Position numbers and translations under genes: made by a program. 21,328 nt of DNA, taken from the NCBI GenBank assembly GCA_964645535.1, contig CAZYCQ010000050.1:1-21328 (forward strand), written 5' to 3'. Position 1 is the first letter of the stretch, and every line of letters begins with the position of its first letter. Source of the DNA: an uncultured archaeon. Lineage in GTDB: Archaea > Asgardarchaeota > Heimdallarchaeia > Heimdallarchaeales > Kariarchaeaceae. This document shows positions 8,128-14,652 of the stretch, piece by piece. The notes beneath the pieces are model-generated. The model was not told the DNA's origin and searched no databases. It saw nothing but the letters and a program-made list of their open reading frames with translations.

Positions 8128-9348
8128 ATGGACAGTTTGGATATTCTTGATGAGGCATTTGGGCGTCCCAGTATCATTATTGATGAAAATAAACTTTCAA
8201 TAGAGTATCTCCCTCGATATCTTCCTTTTCGGGATAAGCAACTTAAAACTTTAGTCCGATATTTTGGAAAAATATTTCAAGGTCAATTAGGAACTAGACG
8301 CGTAATAATTACAGGTCCCGTTGGTTCTGGTAAAACTTCAGTTTCGAAAAAATTTGGTCAATGGTTACTCCAAAGAGCCAAAAAAGATAACTTCGACAAT
8401 TTGCGGTATATTCATGTAAATTGCCGTCGATCCAAAACCCCTTTCATGATCCTTCTTAATATTGCTCGTGAATTGAATTCAAAAATTGCAAGCAGGGGTT
8501 ATGCCGCAGATGAGCTTTTAGAAATGATTGTGGAAATTCTTGAAACCGAGCATTCCACTTTAGTTCTTGTTTTAGATGAAATCGAATACATTATTCATAA
8601 GGGCGGTGTAGAATTGCTTTATGCCTTAACAAGGACATCTGATGATAGACAAAATTCCAACCACAATATCGTATTGATTCTCATTGCCCGAAGTTCAAAC
8701 TTTTTGAATTATCTTGATACAAGCACCAATAGTAGTCTTGGTGCACCTATTATTTCTTGCCCACCCTACAAAAAAGAAGAATTGATGGGCATTTTGTCCG
8801 ACAGAATATCTGAATGCTTTACTCCCAATAGTGTAAGCGACGAGGCCGCTGAACTTATTGCAGACATTGCTGCCAAACGAGGTGGTGATGCAAGACATGC
8901 TTTGGAATTACTTTTAATTGCTGGAAAATACGCAGACAGTGAAGAAAGTCCCATTGTCTATCCCGAACATGTACGCAAAGCAAAATCAAATGTTGACCCG
9001 TCTTTGTTACGTGAAACTTTGAAAGATTTACCTGTTCACAAACTCTTGCTTCTATATGGAATTAGTAGAAGATTAAGACAAACCAAAGCTGCTTATGTTA
9101 CTACTGGTGAAGCAGAACATGCATATATTCTTGCAGCAGAGGAGTTCGGACTAAAACCACGCAAACATACCCAAATTTGGGAATATTTGCAGGAATTAGA
9201 GTTATTGGGTATTATTCATTCCCAGAAATCAAGTGTTGGGCAAAGAGGAAATACTAAACATATCTCTATTCAAGACACCAGTGCTTATGAACTAGAACAG
9301 GAGTTGATTCCACGATTAGAGACGATCAGTATAGCGTACCGGAAATGA
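8128..9348 (+). CDS. cdc6: Orc1/Cdc6 replication initiator, paralogue A
   Basis: YLP..LPFR, Walker A GPVGSGKT, HVNC, Walker B LVLDEIE, sensor-2 GDARHAL, C-terminal winged helix. ATG 8128 is preferred to TTG 8071 (CATAAATT lies ~25 nt upstream). Confidence 0.95.
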   Translation: MDSLDILDEAFGRPSIIIDENKLSIEYLPRYLPFRDKQLKTLVRYFGKIFQGQLGTRRVIITGPVGSGKTSVSKKFGQWLLQRAKKDNFDNLRYIHVNCRRSKTPFMILLNIARELNSKIASRGYAADELLEMIVEILETEHSTLVLVLDEIEYIIHKGGVELLYALTRTSDDRQNSNHNIVLILIARSSNFLNYLDTSTNSSLGAPIISCPPYKKEELMGILSDRISECFTPNSVSDEAAELIADIAAKRGGDARHALELLLIAGKYADSEESPIVYPEHVRKAKSNVDPSLLRETLKDLPVHKLLLLYGISRRLRQTKAAYVTTGEAEHAYILAAEEFGLKPRKHTQIWEYLQELELLGIIHSQKSSVGQRGNTKHISIQDTSAYELEQELIPRLETISIAYRK

Positions 9349-9656
9349 TTGTAAACCCATTTCCTCCTCTTGAAAGAATTTTTGGAAGTTTGGCAAAAGT
9401 CAAAATTCTTGAACTCTTGGCGAAAGAGGGTGAACTAAATGTTACTGCCATTTCAAAACGAGTGGGCGTGAATCATAGTAGAATGAAACTTCATCTTGAC
9501 GACCTCAAATCCCTTAAAATAGTCGAAGAGAAAAGATTTGGAAAAATCCGCATTTTCCAAATTAACGAAAAAACCTTGGCTGGAAAAACAATCAAAGATT
9601 TTATACTTCACTGGATTAGAGGGTATGAAGTCATTGTTCCAAAGACAGAATTCTAA
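9345..9656 (+). CDS. ArsR-like winged-helix DNA-binding protein
   Basis: IFGSLAKVKILELLA..GELNVTAISKRVGVNHS...HL..L....IVEEKRFG; ATGA overlap with the cdc6 stop suggests translational coupling. Confidence 0.88.
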   Translation: MIVNPFPPLERIFGSLAKVKILELLAKEGELNVTAISKRVGVNHSRMKLHLDDLKSLKIVEEKRFGKIRIFQINEKTLAGKTIKDFILHWIRGYEVIVPKTEF

Positions 9657-9757
9657 ACTGGATTTCCCAAGAAGATTTGGATTTATTTTATATTAAAATC
9701 CATAGTTTTAAGAATAAAATCAAATTAAATTGACTTAAACATTGGGTTGCTAGATTT

Positions 9758-10267
9758 ATGGACGAAATCGTAAACATCTGTCACAATATTCTGGTTCAAA
9801 CTCCTGGAGTTTCTCGTGTCATTCTAGCTGACAAAACTGGTTTAACTTTAGTTAACTTAAGCAGATTTGATTTTGATCTGCGTGATGTAGAGGTCATGGG
9901 TGCCATTTCATCTGCTGTGTATTTGGCTTCTGAACAACAGGGTGCAAACGTTGGTTTTACTGAAATGACTATGCTTGTAGCGGAATTCAAAAAAGGGAAA
10001 ATTTTAGTGGCTTCCTGTGGCAGTGCCGTTTTATGTGTTATAACAGACAATGAAGTGGCCTTAGGCATGGCTAGAATGACTATTAACCAAGCTGCACGAC
10101 AAATCGCCAAAATATTTGAAGAACGAATTCATGAGGCAGATGAATTTGAACAAAGCCTTGAAAGCCAAATTTTAGATGATATTGAAAAAATAGATGAAGC
10201 TTCCCTCAATGAAGATGAATTTCTTTCCGAGCTGCAAAGTGCATTAAAAGAACTTGAGCAGTTTTAG
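9758..10267 (+). CDS. Roadblock/LC7 (MglB-like) protein with acidic C-terminal extension
   Basis: PGVSRVILADKTGL...MGAISSA...LVAEFKKGKILV...LCVIT...LGMAR fits the Roadblock fold pattern; ~50-aa D/E-rich tail. Confidence 0.87.
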   Translation: MDEIVNICHNILVQTPGVSRVILADKTGLTLVNLSRFDFDLRDVEVMGAISSAVYLASEQQGANVGFTEMTMLVAEFKKGKILVASCGSAVLCVITDNEVALGMARMTINQAARQIAKIFEERIHEADEFEQSLESQILDDIEKIDEASLNEDEFLSELQSALKELEQF

Positions 10268-10313
10268 CGTGTGAAGTTAACTAAGAGAGATAGTCAAGAC
10301 TTTTATTCCTTTT

Positions 10314-11285
10314 ATGTCATCTGCACAAGAGGAAAAAATGGAAATTATGTGGACTGAAAAATATCGGCCAAAAAAGCTTTCTGATATTATTAACCACGAA
10401 GAAATTAAACAACGTCTTCAGGGCTTTGTAAAATCAAAAAATCTTCCCCATCTTCTATTTGCCGGTCCTCCTGGCACTGGAAAAACATCTGCAGGTTTAG
10501 CATTGGCAAACGAAATATTTGGGGAATCTTCAATCCGCAACAATCTACTAGAGCTCAATGCATCTGATGATCGTGGAATTGATACGATCCGCAATCAAGT
10601 CAAGGAATTTGCACGGACGCTTCCCTCTGGAGGTGCTTCCTTTAAAATAATAATGCTTGATGAAGCAGATAGCCTTACCCCTGCTGCACAGCAGGCATTG
10701 AGACGAACAATGGAACGATATGCTGAAACCTCACGATTTATACTTCTTTGCAATTATCCCGGCAAAATAATTGAACCGATTCAATCAAGATGTGCTTTCT
10801 TCAGATTCACCCCGATTCCTGAAACTGCAATCAAGGAAAAACTTATCGAGATAGCAAAACATGAAAAAGTAGATTATTCTGAAGACGGGTTGAAAACGTT
10901 AATCGCAGTAAGTAATGGCGATATGCGCAAAGCCCTCAATATTATGCAGGCAACTGTTGCATATGGTGAGAAAATTACAAAACAAACAGTTTATGCAACC
11001 GTGGGAACAATAGATCCAAAAGAGATTGCCGACCTTGTAAATCAATCAAAATCTTCTTTTCCAGATGCACTAAAAACTCTTCAAGATTTAATTTATGTAC
11101 GTGGTGTTTCAGGAGAAGATATTCTTCGTTTAATTTTCAATTTCATAGATGATTTAAATTTGGACAATGAAGTGCGAATCGAATTAATCGAACTTCTCGC
11201 GGAAGTTGACTTTAGGCTAACAGAAGGAACTTCTCCTGACATTCAAATCGGAATGGTGTTGGCAAAGATTGCGCAATTTTTGTAG
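10314..11285 (+). CDS. rfcS: Replication factor C small subunit
   Basis: WTEKYRP, PHLLFAGPPGTGKT, ELNASDDRGID, LDEAD, SRC and GDMR motifs. Confidence 0.97.
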   Translation: MSSAQEEKMEIMWTEKYRPKKLSDIINHEEIKQRLQGFVKSKNLPHLLFAGPPGTGKTSAGLALANEIFGESSIRNNLLELNASDDRGIDTIRNQVKEFARTLPSGGASFKIIMLDEADSLTPAAQQALRRTMERYAETSRFILLCNYPGKIIEPIQSRCAFFRFTPIPETAIKEKLIEIAKHEKVDYSEDGLKTLIAVSNGDMRKALNIMQATVAYGEKITKQTVYATVGTIDPKEIADLVNQSKSSFPDALKTLQDLIYVRGVSGEDILRLIFNFIDDLNLDNEVRIELIELLAEVDFRLTEGTSPDIQIGMVLAKIAQFL

Positions 11286-11377
11286 TTATAACAAATGACT
11301 AACGATTTCCTTTTACTTCTTGGAAAATCCTTATGAAAAATTCTACTTTTCAGGTTTATGGCTCTTCCTTACTTTCC

Positions 11378-11390
11378 AAAAAAAAAAAAA
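11378..11390 (-). terminator. Oligo-U (T13) tract, probable terminator of the TFB-like gene
   Basis: 13 consecutive A on + (T on -), about 65 nt after the stop codon at 11454. Confidence 0.45.
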
Positions 11391-11453
11391 TCTAGGGGTG
11401 TTGTATGTAGAAAAAGGATGTGTTTGTCTCCTTTACTGACTCTCCAACAAATT

Positions 11454-12485
11454 TTACAGATACATTTGAATGACCTTCCAAAGGTTCATTTTTTCCCGTT
11501 CAAATATCCCGCTAAGCATTTTATAACAATGATCCCTTATTGTAAATTCTTTTGCTCCCGTAATTGTAGCAACTTTTTTTTGGGTCAAAATCGGCACTTT
11601 TTTGAAAAATCTGCTGATTGCACGATCTGCAATGTAGAGTGTGGATGCTGCAAAGGGAAATGGTTGTACTCCTCCTCGTTCTTTTTTTGAAATTCTTTTC
11701 AACAATTCCTTTGAAATTAATATAAGCAGATAATGATATTTTTCTATAGATATGCCATATCGATGTACAACTTCTTGCTTTACTTCGAAGTTCCTTACAA
11801 TTTGGGAAGTAAGTTTTTCAATATAATCTTCACTTTTTCTAACCGGTGTTTTTGAAAGAGGCACACCTAAATCTAAAGCAAGCTTGAGAATATTTTTGTT
11901 TGTAACTCTATGTCCTGCTTCATTAAATGCCCTAACAATTTCCTGAAATTTTATGGGATATTTATTTCCATTTTCCTTTATTGAAAAAAGAAGACAAAGA
12001 GCAATAAGTAAAACATGGTTTGTAACTTTCCCCCGGAACTTGTTTGCATATTTCCAATAAAGATAGGATGCCCTTTCCTTGATTGTAGTGGGGATTTCTA
12101 GTTGAGAGGTAATCTTATTGAAAATAATGAATGTACGAAGATGTGTTTGGGAGCTTGCATTTTTTGAAGGATTATGGTAGTTGTCCCGTAACCTACGAAA
12201 TTTCCATGCTATTTCTGGAGTTAATAATGCACCATCTTTTGAAGTGAATTTTGAAGATCGGTAATATCCGATTTCTGATCCCAAATTTCCAGTTCTATGG
12301 AGCCGTTTGCCTACACTAATGTATTGGGTAGGCGTTGAATTTGAATTTTCAGAAATAAGAAAGGAAGAAGTCTCAAAAACTTTCTCTCCAGTAGTGCCAC
12401 AGGTTTTGCAAACTTCAAAACCCTGAAAAGGAATCAGGTTTTCTGAACCGCAGAAATCACATCTTGTATTGTCTATATTTCTCAT
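11454..12485 (-). CDS. Divergent TFB/TFIIB-family transcription factor
   Basis: Zn ribbon CDFC-x14-CKTCG; two cyclin-like repeats (ITSQLEIP..IKERA..LY; AASTLYIA...LTQKKVA.ITG..EFTIR). The canonical B-reader EWR motif is absent. Confidence 0.85.
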   Translation of the reverse strand: MRNIDNTRCDFCGSENLIPFQGFEVCKTCGTTGEKVFETSSFLISENSNSTPTQYISVGKRLHRTGNLGSEIGYYRSSKFTSKDGALLTPEIAWKFRRLRDNYHNPSKNASSQTHLRTFIIFNKITSQLEIPTTIKERASYLYWKYANKFRGKVTNHVLLIALCLLFSIKENGNKYPIKFQEIVRAFNEAGHRVTNKNILKLALDLGVPLSKTPVRKSEDYIEKLTSQIVRNFEVKQEVVHRYGISIEKYHYLLILISKELLKRISKKERGGVQPFPFAASTLYIADRAISRFFKKVPILTQKKVATITGAKEFTIRDHCYKMLSGIFEREKMNLWKVIQMYL

Positions 12486-12518
12486 AATTAGAAAAAAGTA
12501 GTTTACATTGAAGGGCTA

Positions 12519-12714
12519 TATCGTTACTGGTTTTATGTTACAAAATCAAATTCAACCCTTCCAAAATAAAAGGGATCGGTTCAAAACGATGGTTTGACCA
12601 GTTGCGGAGAGTAACACTCCTTTCCGAATGTATTAATTTGTTTAATGATAAAATTTAATCAAATTAAGTATTCTCCAGCTTTTTTTGGAAGTCAAAAACC
12701 AGTATCTTCCGATA
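12519..12714. repeat. Nested inverted-repeat element (candidate structured RNA or DNA element)
   Basis: Outer TATCG-t-TACTGGTTTT (12519-12534) / AAAACCAGTA-tcttc-CGATA (12695-12714) encloses CCCTT/AAGGG, ATCG/CGAT, GGAG/CTCC and TTAATTTG-t-TTAA/TTAA-t-CAAATTAA hairpins. Confidence 0.6.
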
Positions 12715-12758
12715 AAAATAAAACTTCCAATCCATATGGAAAAATTAAGAAGGAAAGA

Positions 12759-13090
12759 ATTCCCCACTGGGTAACACTAGGTGGCCAGCTTGGGCCTGGC
12801 TTGCAACTGGAGTATGCTCAATACCAGACCGATGAGGCAAGATGCGGGGGAAACCGACATCTAAGGCTTCCCATGTGAGGCGTCGAAGCGTGGTCTTAAA
12901 AAGGCAGGCTGGTGTGGATCAAATATCCGTAGGGATATGCGAGATACTTTATCCAGCAATGGGACAGGCTCGGAAGAGAGCATCCCACTGGGACTGTCTG
13001 CCGCTTTTAAGTAACTGCGTGGAGCTAATCATGGGTAAAGCCAAGGATGAAGGACCAACAAGTCTTGCCCGTGCCTAGAAGTGGTGGAAT
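12759..13090 (+). ncRNA. ffs: Archaeal SRP (7S) RNA
   Basis: GC-rich island. Helix 8 TGGGA-CAGG-CTC-GGAA-GAG-AGCA-TCCCA (SRP54 site, 12960-12987); helix 6 ATATCC-GTAG-GGATAT; Alu helices 3/4 with complementary loops TTGGGC (12790-95) / GCTCAA (12816-21); long helix 5; paired termini. Ends approximate. Confidence 0.95.
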
Positions 13091-13152
13091 GTTTTTCCTA
13101 AATTGACAAAGGCAAAAGAAACAATTATTTCTTATGAACAACAACACATCTT

Positions 13153-13896
13153 ATGGTTCAAGTAAACTCTCTTCCAAGAGTAACTTCGGGAATAGCTGGC
13201 TTAGATGCACTACTTGGTGGGGGTTTTCCACGTGAGCGGACAATCCTAATTGCAGGACCCGCTGGAGCTGGAAAATCAACATTTGGTCTCCAATTTTTAT
13301 ACTCTGGAATAATTCAGGAGGACGAACCTGGGATATATGTTTCTTTTGACGAAACCCTCACAAATGTCCGTGCTGACGCTTTGTCCTATGGATGGAACCT
13401 AAAGGCATTAGAAGACCAAAATTTGTTGGCTCTAGTTGATGGCTTCAGTGAAAGGGCTGGTGTCTCCTCAAAAGAAAAGTATAAGACAAAATTAGAGGTT
13501 GATGAGCTTTTAACGCAATTGATTTCACTAATTGATTCTGTTGGTGCTGAAAGAGTGGTAATCGATTCTATTACGGCTTTAGCTCTAAGCGTGGATGACG
13601 AATTGACAATTAGAAAAGAAATCTTGAAGCTATCTGCTGTGATGTCATCTTTAACATGCACCACTTTAATGATTTCAGAAATGCAATCTGAATCTGAGAT
13701 CTCTCGTTTTGGTGTAGAGGAGTTCATGGCTCAAGGTGTCATTACATTGAAATACCAATTTGGGAAAAGAGGGACACGAAGTCTACAAATTCGTAAAATG
13801 AGAGGTATATCCCATTCGTTGGTTGAACGTCCATTCCTCATCACAAAGAATGGCATTGAAGTTTATCATGATGAAGAAATTTATCCAATTTACTAA
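13153..13896 (+). CDS. Single-domain KaiC/RAD55-family ATPase
   Basis: SGIAGLDALLGGGFP, Walker A GPAGAGKS, YVSFDE, Walker B VVIDSI, EEFMAQGVI and RKMRG. Confidence 0.92.
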   Translation: MVQVNSLPRVTSGIAGLDALLGGGFPRERTILIAGPAGAGKSTFGLQFLYSGIIQEDEPGIYVSFDETLTNVRADALSYGWNLKALEDQNLLALVDGFSERAGVSSKEKYKTKLEVDELLTQLISLIDSVGAERVVIDSITALALSVDDELTIRKEILKLSAVMSSLTCTTLMISEMQSESEISRFGVEEFMAQGVITLKYQFGKRGTRSLQIRKMRGISHSLVERPFLITKNGIEVYHDEEIYPIY

Positions 13897-14507
13897 AATA
13901 TGCTAGAAAGAGCCATAGATATTGCTGTCCAAAGTTCTAGAGGTTTCTTCCCCAAGTTCACTTGATGCCCTCTTGGAAATTTTAATGGATCCAGACTTCC
14001 TTTACTCATCCCACCAAATACAAGCGAATAATCTGCCTCATCTGGATTTATTTTTACCTTTCGAAAATTAATGCTTCCCTGTTTGGAAAACAAAAACACA
14101 TTTTCATGTAGTCGATGATGAAGGTGATCATTAATTTTTTTAATAAATTTCGCTTTGTATTGTCCAAGTAAAATTTGCTCCATAATTGAATAAAATCTTC
14201 TCTGGTTTCGTGGAAGCCTTGTTTCTGGGAGAACAGTGTAAATGTTCTTTCCAATCGTAAATAGTATCTCTGTTTCCCATTCGAAAACCTTTGCATAATT
14301 CAACGCTAACAAAAGCCCAAAGTGAAGAATGTCTGGTCTATCCTTTCTTTTATCTGCGGGGATGTTTTTTACCAAATGCTGATGCTCAGAAGCGTCAAGA
14401 AGGGGAGGTCTTCCAAATTTTGTAATATAATCTCGTATTTTTTTCTCTTTTCTATATCTTTGTGGAACAAGTGAAATTTGACAATTGTCAATAATTATTT
14501 GAAGCAT
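13893..14507 (-). CDS. nep1: Nep1/Emg1 SSU rRNA pseudouridine N1-methyltransferase (SPOUT)
   Basis: LLDASEH, RPDILHFGLL, TRLPRNQRRF..IMEQIL, FGGMSKG and PLELWTA; convergent 4-nt overlap with the KaiC-like gene. Confidence 0.88.
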   Translation of the reverse strand: MLQIIIDNCQISLVPQRYRKEKKIRDYITKFGRPPLLDASEHQHLVKNIPADKRKDRPDILHFGLLLALNYAKVFEWETEILFTIGKNIYTVLPETRLPRNQRRFYSIMEQILLGQYKAKFIKKINDHLHHRLHENVFLFSKQGSINFRKVKINPDEADYSLVFGGMSKGSLDPLKFPRGHQVNLGKKPLELWTAISMALSSIF

Positions 14508-14588
14508 ACATATGCCAACATCTTATTCTATGTAAAATTATTTTTTTAGCCTATTAATCTAAATTATTCCTTGTTTGATTGTTCTTTG

Positions 14589-14607
14589 TTATCAATAGAG
14601 TTGATAA
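14589..14607. promoter_or_regulatory. Inverted repeat TTATCAA-n5-TTGATAA (operator or terminator hairpin)
   Basis: Perfect 7-bp arms in the intergenic gap between the HerA-like gene and nep1. Confidence 0.35.
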
Positions 14608-14652
14608 AAGACTTCTGTGGTGTGGTTTGACTTGATTTTTCCTAACATTTGA

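Noticed and set aside
11358-11690. 110-aa Cys-rich ORF on + strand
   Set aside because: Mostly antisense to the TFB-like gene and runs through the A13 tract; a shadow ORF.
12525-12704. TA-flanked MITE interpretation of the inverted repeat
   Set aside because: The perfect arm is only 8-10 bp, with no second copy or transposase in the window; retained only as an unexplained element.
6819-12753. ORB-like words (6820 TTCTCTGAAAAACAAAATGGGGT; 11374 TTCCA..TAGGGG; 12559 TTCCAAAATAAAAGGG; 12731 TCCATATGGAAA)
   Set aside because: Spacing between the TCCA core and the G-string is inconsistent and no matched inverted pair exists; an origin cannot be called.
12645-13078. ORFs 12645..12878 and 12842..13078
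   Set aside because: They overlap the SRP RNA and the repeat element and show no protein motifs.
12759-13090. RNase P RNA or rRNA fragment as the identity of the GC-rich island
   Set aside because: It lacks the RNase P GAGGAAAGUCC / ACAGAA P4 motifs, and SRP helices 6, 8 and the Alu domain are all present.
13153-13896. Circadian clock system
   Set aside because: A single-domain KaiC-like ATPase, common in archaea; no KaiA/KaiB and no ST phosphosite pair at the expected position.
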